From positions 765 to 64,764 of the forward strand of contig SFNH01000002.1 of the NCBI GenBank assembly GCA_004554205.1: 64,000 bases of DNA, in the 5' to 3' direction. Under the pieces are notes generated by a model. That model was not told the DNA's origin, made no database searches, and saw nothing but the letters and a program-made list of their open reading frames with translations. This stretch comes from Clostridium sp. (GTDB taxonomy: Bacteria > Bacillota > Clostridia > Lachnospirales > Lachnospiraceae). How positions within the stretch are numbered: position 1 is the first letter of the stretch; every line of letters starts with the position of its first letter. Both the position numbers and the translations under genes were made by a program. Below, piece after piece: positions 40,400 to 50,460 of this stretch.

Positions 40400-42424
40400 C
40401 TACAATCTGCTCCCGATCTGATATACCAGCACTGCGCCCACCCATGCGATAAGGATCTGGAACAGCACTACGCCCAATGTGAATTTCCGCGATCCGGTCT
40501 CCCGCCTGATCGTCCCGATCGCCGCCACGCATGGGGAGTATAAAAGGCAGAATACCATCAGCGCATAGGCGTTTACCGCCCCGAAGCCCGTCATTCCCAG
40601 CACGGAGGAAAGGTGCGCCATGCCGGCCGGCGAGTTGATATTTCCTATGCTGTACAGCACGGAAAAACTCGACACCACCACCTCCTTGGCAGAGAGCCCG
40701 GAGATCAGCGCCACCGCGATCTGCCATGTCCCAAGCCCCGCCGGCTTAAGGAGCGGGACAAGCGCCTTTCCGACCATCGCAGCAAAGCTTGCGGTGACAT
40801 CATCGACATAGCCGCCCACACCGAAATTCAGCACGAACCACAGAATGATGGACGCCACAAAAATAGTGGTTCCGGCCTTCGTCAGATAGTCCTTTACCTT
40901 GTCCCAGACATAGATCGCAACAGTCCGCCTGTTGGGAGTCTTGTACTCCGGGAGTTCGATAAGCAGTGTGTCCTCCTCGCCGCTTTTATCGAGCTTATGT
41001 AAGATAAAGGCGATGAGGATCGCCACCGCCAGCCCGATCACATAGAGCGAGTAGGCGACCAGCATGGCATTCTTCGGAAAGAACATCTCCGCAAACAGCA
41101 CATAGATCGGAAGCCTTGCGGAGCACGACATAAACGGGGTGATCAGGATCGTCCGTCTCCTGTCGCGCTCGCTCGCAAGGGCGCGGGATGCCATCACGGC
41201 CGGCACCGTACAGCCAAAGCCCAGGATCATCGGCAGAAACGCCTTCCCGGAAAGCCCGACCTTTCCCATTACCTCATTCATCACATACGCCACGCGCGCC
41301 ATGTAACCGCTGTCCTCCAAAAATGCCAGCGCCAGAAACAGGATAAAAATATTCGGCAGGAATGTGAGGATCCCTCCCACGCCCGCGATGATTCCGTCCA
41401 CCACCAGGGAGATGAGCCAGCCGGACACTCTAAGACCGGTAAAAATCTGAAGCACCGCAGCCGAGAAGTACTCAAGCCCCACCTCAAAATACCCCTTGAG
41501 GAAATCCCCCACAGTAAAGGTCAGGAAGAACACTCCCGCCATGATACCGAGAAAAATCGGGATCCCCCAGACGGGATGCGTCAGCCATCTGTCGATCCGG
41601 TCCGTTTTTGCCGCCTTCTCCTCCTTATTGACAAGGCACTCTTCGATGATCTCCTCAATGTAATCATATTTTTCATTGATGATCCTCTTTTCGTAGCTCC
41701 TGTCCACAATGCCGCTTATATCGACCGGATGGTTGTTTAGAACCTCCTTGTCCTCCTCGAGAAGCTTGATCGCGTGCCAGCGCATATTTTCCATCTCGCC
41801 GTATTTCGCCCGGAGAATCTCCTCAATCCGGGCAATCTTCCCTTCGAGCTCCTCGTCGTAGCAGACAACGATACCCTGCGGCCCCTCCTCATAGTGGTGC
41901 ACCACCGCGTGCATGAGCACATCAAGACCGGTGCGCTTCCTCGCTGACACCGGCACGACCGGAATGTGTCCCAGCACCTCGGGAAGACGGTGCATATCAA
42001 TCTCCATTCCCCGCTCCTCCACGATGTCCATCATGTTGAGCGCCAGGATTACGGGCTTTTTCAGCTCGAGAAGCTGCAGGGTCAGGTAAAGGTTTCGCTC
42101 AAGGGATGAGGCGTCCACCACATTGATGATGACGTCCACCTCGCCCGCCTCGATGCAGCGCCTGGTGACGATCTCCTCAATCGTGTAGGAGGTCAGACTG
42201 TAAATGCCGGGCAGGTCGATGACCCTGATGGCGCGCCCCTTATAGCTCGTGCTGCCCTCCACCCGCTCCACAGTCACGCCGGGCCAGTTCGCCACCTTTA
42301 AATTTGCGCCAGTAAAGGCGTTAAACAGGGTAGTTTTCCCGCAGTTCGGGTTCCCGACAAAGCCGACACGGATCTCACGCTTTTTATCACCTGCCGCCTG
42401 CGGATTTCTCTGATCAGTCCCCAT
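40400..42424 (-). CDS. feoB: Ferrous iron transporter FeoB
   Basis: GNPNCGKT, VANWPGVTVE, DLPGIYSL, NMMD, LEDSGYMAR, GFGCTVPA, PFMSCSARLP. Confidence 0.96.
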   Translation of the reverse strand: MGTDQRNPQAAGDKKREIRVGFVGNPNCGKTTLFNAFTGANLKVANWPGVTVERVEGSTSYKGRAIRVIDLPGIYSLTSYTIEEIVTRRCIEAGEVDVIINVVDASSLERNLYLTLQLLELKKPVILALNMMDIVEERGMEIDMHRLPEVLGHIPVVPVSARKRTGLDVLMHAVVHHYEEGPQGIVVCYDEELEGKIARIEEILRAKYGEMENMRWHAIKLLEEDKEVLNNHPVDISGIVDRSYEKRIINEKYDYIEEIIEECLVNKEEKAAKTDRIDRWLTHPVWGIPIFLGIMAGVFFLTFTVGDFLKGYFEVGLEYFSAAVLQIFTGLRVSGWLISLVVDGIIAGVGGILTFLPNIFILFLALAFLEDSGYMARVAYVMNEVMGKVGLSGKAFLPMILGFGCTVPAVMASRALASERDRRRTILITPFMSCSARLPIYVLFAEMFFPKNAMLVAYSLYVIGLAVAILIAFILHKLDKSGEEDTLLIELPEYKTPNRRTVAIYVWDKVKDYLTKAGTTIFVASIILWFVLNFGVGGYVDDVTASFAAMVGKALVPLLKPAGLGTWQIAVALISGLSAKEVVVSSFSVLYSIGNINSPAGMAHLSSVLGMTGFGAVNAYALMVFCLLYSPCVAAIGTIRRETGSRKFTLGVVLFQILIAWVGAVLVYQIGSRL

Positions 42425-42683
42425 GGATTCTTCCCTCCCTCGGCTTCTTTAACGGCTCGCCTGCCAGCTCCGCAATCTCAATCCCGTCGCTGATGTGCCT
42501 GCCCACCGCAAGGCGTGTTCCGCGCACCTTGAAAATGACGGAACCGCTACCCTTTTTATTTAACAGGGTTATATGCGTCTGCTCATTGACGCCAAGCGCC
42601 TCCAGGCGCCTGGTAATGGTATCACTCACAACTACATTTTTCACCACATAGGTGCGGCCTGTCAGGCCCTCGTTCAGCTTCAT
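42414..42683 (-). CDS. feoA: FeoA
   Basis: RRLEALG...KVRGTRLAVG; overlaps feoB start. Confidence 0.9.
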   Translation of the reverse strand: MKLNEGLTGRTYVVKNVVVSDTITRRLEALGVNEQTHITLLNKKGSGSVIFKVRGTRLAVGRHISDGIEIAELAGEPLKKPREGRIHGD

Positions 42684-42697
42684 CTGTTTCCTCCCTG

Positions 42698-42708
42698 ATA
42701 ACTGTTCA
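42698..42708. repeat. Degenerate element half-end between uvrB and feoA
   Basis: ATAACTGTTCA; short, could be chance. Confidence 0.35.
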
Positions 42709-42715
42709 ATCTGTG

Positions 42716-44698
42716 CTAATCCGCTTCTTGCATCTTCTTCTTTACCTCGAGCATACGGTCCCTGAACTGCGCGGCCGATTCAAAGTCAAGCTCTGCGGAC
42801 GCCCGGTTCATCTTCTTCTCAAGCTCCTTTACAAGCTTTGCGAGCGCCTTTTCGTCCATGGACTCAAGCTCCCTTTCATCCTCCGCTGCCCCACGCTCCG
42901 CCGCCTTGGAAATGGCGATCAGATCGCGAACCGCCTTCTTGATGGTCGTTGGCGTGATGCCGTGCTCTTCATTGTACTTTTGCTGAATCTGACGCCTCCG
43001 GTTCGTCTCGTCGATCGCGATCCGCATGGAATCAGTGATCGTATCGGCGTACATAATGACGTGGCCCTCGGCATTGCGCGCGGCCCGCCCGACTGTCTGG
43101 ATCAGCGAGGTCTCCGAGCGCAGGAAGCCCTCCTTGTCGGCGTCCAGGATCGCGACAAGCGTGATCTCCGGGATATCCAGGCCCTCGCGCAGCAGGTTGA
43201 TCCCCACCAGCACGTCAAACACATCCATGCGCATATCGCGGATGATCTCAGCGCGCTCAAGGGTATCAATATCGGAGTGCAGGTACTTGACGCGGATGCC
43301 CACATCGCGCATATAGTCGGTCAGATCCTCCGCCATGCGCTTTGTCAGCGTGGTAATGAGAACCTTGTGATGACCTGCCACCTCCTTATTGACCTCTCCC
43401 ACCAGATCGTCGATCTGCCCCTCCACAGGGCGCACGGAAATCTCCGGATCCAAAAGCCCTGTCGGGCGGATGATCTGCTCGGTGCGCATGAGCTCGTGCT
43501 CCGCCTCATAGGGGCCCGGCGTTGCCGAGACAAACATCATCTGATCGATCTTGCTCTCAAATTCCGCAAAGTTTAACGGGCGGTTGTCCAGGGCGGACGG
43601 CAGGCGGAAACCGTAGTCCACCAGAGTCTGCTTGCGGGAGCGGTCGCCCGCGTACATCCCGCGCACCTGCGGCAGTGTGATGTGCGACTCGTCCACAATG
43701 ATCAGAAAATCATCCGGGAAATAGTCCATCAACGTCCACGGCGGGTCGCCCGGCTTCCCGAAATTAAGGTGCCTCGAATAGTTCTCAATACCGGAGCAAA
43801 AGCCCGTCTCCCGCATCATCTCCACATCAAAATTGGTTCGCTCGGAGATCCGCTGCGCCTCGAGGAGCTTATCCTCACTCTTGAAAAACGCTACGCGCTC
43901 CTTTAACTCCTCGAGGATATTTTCCGTTGCGAGCTGCATTTTTTCCTTCGGCACCACATAGTGCGATGCCGGGAATACGGCAAGGTGCGAAAGCTGCAGC
44001 TTCGCCTCGCCCTTAAGCGCGTCAATCTCCGTGATCCGGTCGATCTCATCTCCGAAAAATTCAATCCTGTACGCCTCGCCCCCGGAGTACGCCGGAAACA
44101 CCTCCAGCACATCTCCCCGCACGCGGAAGGTCCCGCGGTGGAAATCCATGTCATTGCGGGTATACTGGATGTCGATCAGCTTATGAATGATCTCATCCCG
44201 GTCCCGCACCATGCCCGGCCTCAACGACACCACCATCTTCTGGTAGTCGATCGGCGAGCCGAGCCCGTAGATACAGGACACAGACGCCACGATTATGACG
44301 TCCTTTCGCTCTGACAGCGCGGCGGTCGCCGAATGGCGCAGCTTGTCGATCTCGTCGTTGATCGCCGAATCCTTCTCAATGTAGGTGTCGGTCGAGGGGA
44401 CGTATGCCTCCGGCTGGTAGTAATCGTAGTAGGACACAAAATATTCCACCGCGTTCTCCGGGAAGAACTCCTTGAATTCCCCGTAGAGCTGCGCCGCGAG
44501 AGTCTTGTTGTGCGCGATTATAAGTGTCGGCTTATTTAATTGTTCAATGACGTTTGCCATGGTAAACGTCTTGCCCGAGCCCGTCACCCCAAGCAATGTC
44601 TGAAATTGATTGCCCTCCCGAAAGCCCTTTACAAGCGCCTCGATCGCCTGCGGCTGGTCGCCGGTGGGCGCGTAATCGGAATGTATTTTAAACTTCAT
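42716..44698 (-). CDS. uvrB: Excinuclease ABC subunit B
   Basis: [43 protein letters not shown]-terminal UVR domain. Confidence 0.98.
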   Translation of the reverse strand: MKFKIHSDYAPTGDQPQAIEALVKGFREGNQFQTLLGVTGSGKTFTMANVIEQLNKPTLIIAHNKTLAAQLYGEFKEFFPENAVEYFVSYYDYYQPEAYVPSTDTYIEKDSAINDEIDKLRHSATAALSERKDVIIVASVSCIYGLGSPIDYQKMVVSLRPGMVRDRDEIIHKLIDIQYTRNDMDFHRGTFRVRGDVLEVFPAYSGGEAYRIEFFGDEIDRITEIDALKGEAKLQLSHLAVFPASHYVVPKEKMQLATENILEELKERVAFFKSEDKLLEAQRISERTNFDVEMMRETGFCSGIENYSRHLNFGKPGDPPWTLMDYFPDDFLIIVDESHITLPQVRGMYAGDRSRKQTLVDYGFRLPSALDNRPLNFAEFESKIDQMMFVSATPGPYEAEHELMRTEQIIRPTGLLDPEISVRPVEGQIDDLVGEVNKEVAGHHKVLITTLTKRMAEDLTDYMRDVGIRVKYLHSDIDTLERAEIIRDMRMDVFDVLVGINLLREGLDIPEITLVAILDADKEGFLRSETSLIQTVGRAARNAEGHVIMYADTITDSMRIAIDETNRRRQIQQKYNEEHGITPTTIKKAVRDLIAISKAAERGAAEDERELESMDEKALAKLVKELEKKMNRASAELDFESAAQFRDRMLEVKKKMQEAD

Positions 44699-44755
44699 AG
44701 CGTGTTATCACCTCCCAAGTGACTCAAAAAAGGTTCAAATATAAGCCAGGATTTC

Positions 44756-45796
44756 TTACTCATTTGTCTGGCTTATATTATTTATAAGCATACTTTGATT
44801 TTTCTCAAGTTCATATGCTAATTCTTCCTCTGTGGGCAATACTGTCATATATTTTGAAGCAAAAATGTGTTTACTGTCATTCAATACAGAATATTTTACA
44901 ATCGTTTCATCCTTATCAGTACAAAGAATAATTCCGATTGTTGGGTTATCATCCTGCGCCCGTTTCAAATCATCAAACATTCGGACATACATATCCATCT
45001 GTCCAATATCCTGATGCGTCAATTTATCTGTTTTTAAATCAATAATCACAAAGCATTTCAAAATATAATTGTAAAATACTAAGTCTAAAAAGAAATCACT
45101 GGTCTCAGTACTGATTCTCATCTGCCTTGCTACAAACGAAAAGCCTTTTCCTAACTCTAATAAGAATTTCTGTATATGACTGAGAATCGCTCGTTCAAGT
45201 TCATTCTCTTTATATTCATAATTCTCTGGCAATCCCATGAATTCAAGTATATATGGATCTTTTACGAATTCATAGTTTTCCACGGAAGAGTTTTCCAATT
45301 GTGTGGAAAGCATTCTTCTGTAAAATCCACTTTTTATATTTCGTTCAAGTAACTTTACCGACCAACTTTCTTTAATCGCCTCCTGGATATAGTAATTGCG
45401 TTCTTCTTCTGAATCAAGACGCATGATACTTCTTAAATGAGACCACGACAATTGGCTACACGCCGTGTAGCCAATTGAATCTTTTGGAAAAGTACGATAA
45501 AATTGACGGCAATTTTTTAAATTTGCAATAGAAAATCCCGTACCAAACTCTCCAGAAAGTTCTTTTGACAAGTTACGGATGATATAATCTCCGTATTTGG
45601 CTCTGCCGGTTCCTTTCTGCTCCTGTTGTACAATTCTTTCTCCTATCTCCCAATAAGCTTTAGACATAATGGAATTAACACTTTTATATGCTGAATTCCT
45701 TGCTGTTTGTAAAATGTATCGAACATCATCATAAAATTTCTGTTCTTCTTTTGTTGAAGATAAATATATCTCAGATTTACTCTTTTTAATTTCCAA
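44756..45796 (-). CDS. YhcG/DUF1016 family PDDEXK nuclease-domain protein
   Basis: YWEIGERI, LSWSH, KDPYILEF, FLLELGKGFSFVARQ, DLVFYN, IDLK, GQMDMY, NPTIGIILC; visibly AT-rich. Confidence 0.9.
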   Translation of the reverse strand: MEIKKSKSEIYLSSTKEEQKFYDDVRYILQTARNSAYKSVNSIMSKAYWEIGERIVQQEQKGTGRAKYGDYIIRNLSKELSGEFGTGFSIANLKNCRQFYRTFPKDSIGYTACSQLSWSHLRSIMRLDSEEERNYYIQEAIKESWSVKLLERNIKSGFYRRMLSTQLENSSVENYEFVKDPYILEFMGLPENYEYKENELERAILSHIQKFLLELGKGFSFVARQMRISTETSDFFLDLVFYNYILKCFVIIDLKTDKLTHQDIGQMDMYVRMFDDLKRAQDDNPTIGIILCTDKDETIVKYSVLNDSKHIFASKYMTVLPTEEELAYELEKNQSMLINNISQTNE

Positions 45797-45918
45797 TCAC
45801 TTGCCTCCTCATCGTTTCCCTGACTATTTCTATTTTCTTCCATTACTATATCTTCCGTTATCTGCAACTTGTGCAAATATTGCACAAGTTGTACTTTCCC
45901 CAAAAAGTTCATCCGTAC

Positions 45919-45932
45919 GGCTAAACTGTTAC
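45919..45932. repeat. Element half-end at the border of the AT-rich insert
   Basis: GGCTAAACTGTTAC (reverse complement GTAACAGTTTAGCC). Confidence 0.75.
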
Positions 45933-45933
45933 A

Positions 45934-45962
45934 ATTATACACCTTATCTTATCCGAATGCAA
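45934..45962 (-). promoter_or_regulatory. Sigma-A promoter reading into DUF1016-uvrB-feoAB
   Basis: TTGCAT, 17 bp, TATAAT. Confidence 0.7.
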
Positions 45963-45973
45963 ACCTTCTTTGG

Positions 45974-46200
45974 GTAACAGTCCCCTCGGCCGCGGGCGGG
46001 ATTTTCGCTTTTGTTCGGTCGACGGGTGTAAAACTTTTGCTGTAACTGTTCAGTGCCTTCACAGTTACAGGCAAAAATCCATGAAAATTGCCTTCGGCAA
46101 TGGGATTTTTGCCTACAACCGCCACGACGACCCCAGCCGCTTACGCCCGGAAGACAGGCCCGGTGACGATAGCGAGGCTTCCGAAGCGAGGTCTGCGCTA
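45974..46200. repeat. Mosaic element: partial A, nested E, then B and partial C
   Basis: cgcttttgttcggtcg..gg.tgtaaaacttttgct (as 6169-6204), then 46042-46114 (as 28878-28950), then ccccagccgcttacgcccgga (as 6277-6297). Confidence 0.88.
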
Positions 46201-46212
46201 GCGCCCCCGCCC

Positions 46213-46240
46213 TTGACTTTCCGGGGAATCAGTGTATAAT
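46213..46240 (+). promoter_or_regulatory. Sigma-A promoter of the MATE gene
   Basis: TTGACT, 16 bp, TATAAT. Confidence 0.7.
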
Positions 46241-46303
46241 ACTTCTTTATCTCACCGTTTGCTTAAAAACAGTGACAGAAATATAGAAAAAGAGGGGAAC
46301 TTA

Positions 46304-47668
46304 ATGACACAGGACAAAGAATTTCTCGGAAGAGAGCCGATCGGGAAGCTTTTGTTTAAACTGGCGATCCCGACGCTTGCCGCGCAGATCATCAACATGC
46401 TCTACAACATTGTGGACCGCATCTACATCGGCCATATCCCGGAGGTGGGCGCGCTGGCGCTGACCGGAGTCGGCGTGTGTATGCCGCTCATCATGATCGT
46501 GTCGGCATTTGCCGCACTGGTCGGGAGCGGCGGCGCACCGCGGGCATCCATCTACATGGGGAAAGGGGAGCCGGAGAACGCGGAGAAAACGCTCGGCAAC
46601 TGTTTTTCACTCCAGATCATCATTTCACTGGTTTTGACCGCGGTACTGCTCACCTGCAGCCGGAGCCTCCTGCTGGCATTCGGCGCAAGCGAAAACACCA
46701 TCGAGTACGCAGTCCGCTATATGAATATCTACGCCATCGGAACCATCTTTGTGCAGATGACCTTAGGCATGAATGCCTTTATCACCGCACAGGGGTTTGC
46801 GAAGACCGGTATGCTCTCCGTGCTGATCGGCGCGGTCTGCAATATCATTCTGGACCCCATCCTGATCTACGGGCTAAACATGGGCGTGCAGGGCGCCGCT
46901 CTGGCGACCATACTCTCCCAGGCTGTCTCCTGCGTCTGGGTGCTCTCCTTCCTCCTCGGGAAAAAGAGCTTCCTCAAGATCCGCAGGTGCAATCTGGCGC
47001 TTAAGAAAGAAATCATCCTGCCCTGCCTGGCGCTCGGCGTTTCCATGTTCATCATGCAGGCAAGCGAGAGCATCATCTCCGTTTGCTTTAACTCCTCGCT
47101 GCTTAAATACGGCGGCGACATCGCAGTGGGCGCCATGACCATCCTCACCAGCGTCATGCAGTTTGCAATGCTTCCGCTCCAGGGGCTCGGACAGGGCGCG
47201 CAGCCCATTATCAGCTTTAACTTCGGCGCAAAAAACAGGAGCCGCGTAAAGGACACCTTTTATCTTCTCTTAAAGAGCAACCTGATCTACTCCGTCCTTT
47301 TATGGCTCCTTGTCATGACATTCCCGCAGGTATTTGCCGCTATCTTCACCTCGGATCCGGCGCTGCTTTCCTTCACAAAAGACGCCCTCCGCATCTACAT
47401 GGCAAGCACATTCCTGTTTGGGATCCAGATCGCGTGCCAGATGACCTTTACCTCCATCGGCAATGCCAAAGCCTCCATCATGGTCGCTGTCATGCGGAAA
47501 TTTATTCTGCTCCTGCCGCTCATCTACCTGCTGCCGCAGATCTTCCGCGCAGACCGGGTGACGGCGGTGTACTTAGCGGAGCCAGTCGCCGACTTTTTTG
47601 CGGTCACCTTCACCATATTCCTCTTCCGCTCGCAGTTTAAGAAGGCTCTCGCGGACATGGAGAGGTAA
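46304..47668 (+). CDS. MATE family efflux transporter (MepA-like)
   Basis: LYNIVDRIYIG, NIILDPILI, GVQGAALAT, GAQPIISFNFGAK. Confidence 0.92.
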   Translation: MTQDKEFLGREPIGKLLFKLAIPTLAAQIINMLYNIVDRIYIGHIPEVGALALTGVGVCMPLIMIVSAFAALVGSGGAPRASIYMGKGEPENAEKTLGNCFSLQIIISLVLTAVLLTCSRSLLLAFGASENTIEYAVRYMNIYAIGTIFVQMTLGMNAFITAQGFAKTGMLSVLIGAVCNIILDPILIYGLNMGVQGAALATILSQAVSCVWVLSFLLGKKSFLKIRRCNLALKKEIILPCLALGVSMFIMQASESIISVCFNSSLLKYGGDIAVGAMTILTSVMQFAMLPLQGLGQGAQPIISFNFGAKNRSRVKDTFYLLLKSNLIYSVLLWLLVMTFPQVFAAIFTSDPALLSFTKDALRIYMASTFLFGIQIACQMTFTSIGNAKASIMVAVMRKFILLLPLIYLLPQIFRADRVTAVYLAEPVADFFAVTFTIFLFRSQFKKALADMER

Positions 47669-48197
47669 AATACGCTTTCCCCATATGCCATATGAGACGC
47701 GCTGACGCCCAGGCGATCAAAAAGCCTCCCAGCACGTCGGTCGGGTAATGGACGCCCACATACAGCCTGGAAAACGCGATCAGCGCCGCAAGCGCGACGC
47801 TTATCATCCCCCAGGGCTTCGGCAGCATCCGCCGGTACATCAGCGCCGCGGCAAAGGCGGCGCAGGTGTGCCCCGATGGGAACGAGAAATCCACCTGCGG
47901 GGGAATCAGGAGAAGAATCTCCGGGTGCGCATCGTAGGGCCGCACCCGGGCGACCCAGGGCTTTATCAGCAGGTTCGTAAACAGTGCGCCAAGCGCCATT
48001 GCGCCAAACGCCGCGATGCCTGCTTTTCTTGTCTTCGGGAAAGCAAGCAGGACGAGCGATGTCACGACCCAGAACCAGCCGCTGTTCCCCAGAAAACTAA
48101 CTGCGCGAAAAAACCCGTTTAGCGCATCGACCCGCAGATACTCCTGTATAAACATCAAAATTCCAATATCAATCTGATGAATCCACACCGGAAGCAT
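47637..48197 (-). CDS. PAP2 family phosphatase
   Basis: KPWVARVRP, SFPSGH, SRLYVGVHYPTD. Confidence 0.92.
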   Translation of the reverse strand: MLPVWIHQIDIGILMFIQEYLRVDALNGFFRAVSFLGNSGWFWVVTSLVLLAFPKTRKAGIAAFGAMALGALFTNLLIKPWVARVRPYDAHPEILLLIPPQVDFSFPSGHTCAAFAAALMYRRMLPKPWGMISVALAALIAFSRLYVGVHYPTDVLGGFLIAWASARLIWHMGKAYFTSPCPREPS

Positions 48198-48220
48198 TCT
48201 TCTCCCTCTCCGTTTATAAC

Positions 48221-48250
48221 AACAGTTCAGCCGTGCGGCTGAACTGTCAC
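48221..48250. repeat. Empty element hairpin downstream of rnfB
   Basis: ACAGTTCAGCCG-tg-CGGCTGAACTGT followed by CAC. Confidence 0.85.
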
Positions 48251-48258
48251 CGTTTTAT

Positions 48259-49050
48259 CTACAAAATCACCTTCGCCGGACACTTCTCGGCGCACTTTCC
48301 GCAGTTCGTGCACTTGCTGTAGTCGATCACAGCCACATTGTTATCCATGTGGATCGCGTCAAACTCACACTGCTTCGTGCACAGCGTACAGCCGATACAC
48401 CCGCTGTCGCACTTTGCCTTCACGTCCTTGCCCTTATCGTGGGAGGAGCACTGTACCAGATGCTCTGCACGGTACGGCACAAGCTCGATCAAATGATTCG
48501 GGCAGGCCGCCACGCACTTTCCGCAGGCCACGCATTTCTCCCTGTCAACCAGCGCCACGCCGTCCACCACATGAATCGCGTCAAACGCGCATGCCTTCAC
48601 ACAGGAGCCGTAGCCCATGCAGCCGTAGGCGCACGCCTTCTCGCCCGCGCCCGGCACGACCGCGGCCTTGGCGCAGTCGTCAATTCCAAAGTAATGATAC
48701 TGCACGCGCGTCTTATCGCAGGTGCCTTTACATTTTACAAAGGCGACCTTCTTCTCCGTCTCGCCGCTCTCCACTCCCATGATCGCCGCGATCCGGTCCG
48801 CCACCGCCTGACCGCCCACGGGGCAGGCGTTTACCGGAGCGCTGCCTGCCGCAATGGCGCTCGCCAGACCGTCACAGCCCGCAAAGCCGCAGCCGCCGCA
48901 GTTATTTCCGGGAAGCTCAGCGCGCACCAGAATCTCTTTCTCATCTACCTCTACCTTAAACTTCTCGCTGGCAAATCCGAGGAGCACACCGATGATGATA
49001 CCGATCGCACCGATGATACCCGCTGCCATAAGCAAACCCATCATATCCAT
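48259..49050 (-). CDS. rnfB: Rnf complex subunit B
   Basis: LPGNNCGGCGFAGC and multiple CxxCxxCxxxC ferredoxin motifs. Confidence 0.95.
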   Translation of the reverse strand: MDMMGLLMAAGIIGAIGIIIGVLLGFASEKFKVEVDEKEILVRAELPGNNCGGCGFAGCDGLASAIAAGSAPVNACPVGGQAVADRIAAIMGVESGETEKKVAFVKCKGTCDKTRVQYHYFGIDDCAKAAVVPGAGEKACAYGCMGYGSCVKACAFDAIHVVDGVALVDREKCVACGKCVAACPNHLIELVPYRAEHLVQCSSHDKGKDVKAKCDSGCIGCTLCTKQCEFDAIHMDNNVAVIDYSKCTNCGKCAEKCPAKVIL

Positions 49051-49066
49051 CTTCCGCTACCTCCTC

Positions 49067-49642
49067 CTAGATCAGACCCGAAAAGCCCATGAACGCGATC
49101 GCCATCAGCCCGGAGGTGATCAGGACGATCGGCGATCCCTTGAAATTGTGCGGGATATCGTTGTCCTCAATGCTCTCCCGGATGCTTGCAAGCAGCACGA
49201 TCGCGATGGTGAAGCCCACTGCCGTGCCGAAGCCGTTTGCCACGCTGAAAATGAAGTTGTATTCCTTCTGGACATTTGTCAGGGCGGAGCCGAGCACCGC
49301 GCAGTTGGTCGTGATCAGGGGCAGGAACACGCCCAGCGCCTGATACAGGGAGGGCACATTCTTCTTAAGGAACATCTCAACAAGCTGTACCAGCGCGGCG
49401 ATCACCAGGATAAAGGCGATGGTCTGCAGGTAGGTCATATTGAGGGGAACCAGCACAAAGCTGTATACCAGGTTTGTCACGATCGAGGCCAGCACGATAA
49501 CGAAGATCACCGCGCCGCCCATACCCAGGGAGGTCTCCACCTTCCTCGATACGCCGAGGAAGGGACACAGGCCCTGGAACTGGCTCAGGATAATGTTGTT
49601 TACCAGAGCCGCGCCAATAATTACCAAAATCAGTTCTTTCAT
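49067..49642 (-). CDS. rnfA: Rnf complex subunit A
   Basis: GLCPFLGVS, FLPLITTNCAVLG. Confidence 0.93.
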   Translation of the reverse strand: MKELILVIIGAALVNNIILSQFQGLCPFLGVSRKVETSLGMGGAVIFVIVLASIVTNLVYSFVLVPLNMTYLQTIAFILVIAALVQLVEMFLKKNVPSLYQALGVFLPLITTNCAVLGSALTNVQKEYNFIFSVANGFGTAVGFTIAIVLLASIRESIEDNDIPHNFKGSPIVLITSGLMAIAFMGFSGLI

Positions 49643-50448
49643 CTACTCGGCTCCTCCTGTTCATCTTTCTTTTCCATCTTTGCCTGCATCGCGGCCTCGC
49701 GCTTTTGAAGCTCCGCTTTCTGCGCGGCAAGCGCCTCCTCCTCGGCCTGAAGCCGCAGAGTTTCGAGTGTCACATGGTTGGACATGCAGGCGGAACCGGT
49801 GCAGTTTAAGCAATCGCCGCCGCACGCAAGCTTCGAGGACGTCTTTGACCCGTTTGTCGCGGACGGAGCCTTAAACTTATTCTGGAGCGCGGTAAGGCCG
49901 GCGAGCACGAAGAACGCGCCGGGTGCCAGACCAAAGATCGCGATCCGGTACGCCTCGGGAACAAGCTCAATTCCGAAGATGGAGCCGGAGCCCAGGATCT
50001 CACGGAAGATGGCGATGCAGGTCAGGCCTACGGTGAAGCCGAGTCCCATGCCGATCCCATCGAACGTGGATGAGAGCACATCATTCTTTGCCGCGTACGC
50101 CTCCGCGCGGCCAAGGATGATACAGTTTACCACAATCAACGGAATAAAGATTCCAAGCGATTCATAGAGGCTCGGAATAAATGCCTGCAAAATGAGCTGT
50201 ACCATCGTAACCAGAGACGCCACGATCACAATGTATGCCGGAATCCGGACACGGTCCGGGATGATCTTTCGCAGCGCCGAAATGATCAGGTTCGAGCAGA
50301 TCAAAACCGCCGTGGTCGAAAGGCCCATGCCGACGCCGTTGACTGCCGTGGTGGTGACCGCAAGGGTCGGGCACATACCGAGCATCAGGACGAAAGTCGG
50401 ATTCTCTTTGATAATGCCGTTGTATAAACGTTCTGCACATTTATTCAT
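49639..50448 (-). CDS. rnfE: Rnf complex subunit E with C-terminal Cys-rich extension
   Basis: LGMCPTLAVT, IPLIVVNCIILGRAEA, APGAFF. Confidence 0.93.
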   Translation of the reverse strand: MNKCAERLYNGIIKENPTFVLMLGMCPTLAVTTTAVNGVGMGLSTTAVLICSNLIISALRKIIPDRVRIPAYIVIVASLVTMVQLILQAFIPSLYESLGIFIPLIVVNCIILGRAEAYAAKNDVLSSTFDGIGMGLGFTVGLTCIAIFREILGSGSIFGIELVPEAYRIAIFGLAPGAFFVLAGLTALQNKFKAPSATNGSKTSSKLACGGDCLNCTGSACMSNHVTLETLRLQAEEEALAAQKAELQKREAAMQAKMEKKDEQEEPSR

Positions 50449-50460
50449 GACTTCCACCTC

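Noticed and set aside
45919..45932. Repeat terminus as a LexA (Cheo) box near uvrB and nfo
   Set aside because: The Firmicute SOS box is GAAC-N4-GTTC; here the core is AAC-W-GTT and it occurs beside many non-SOS genes.
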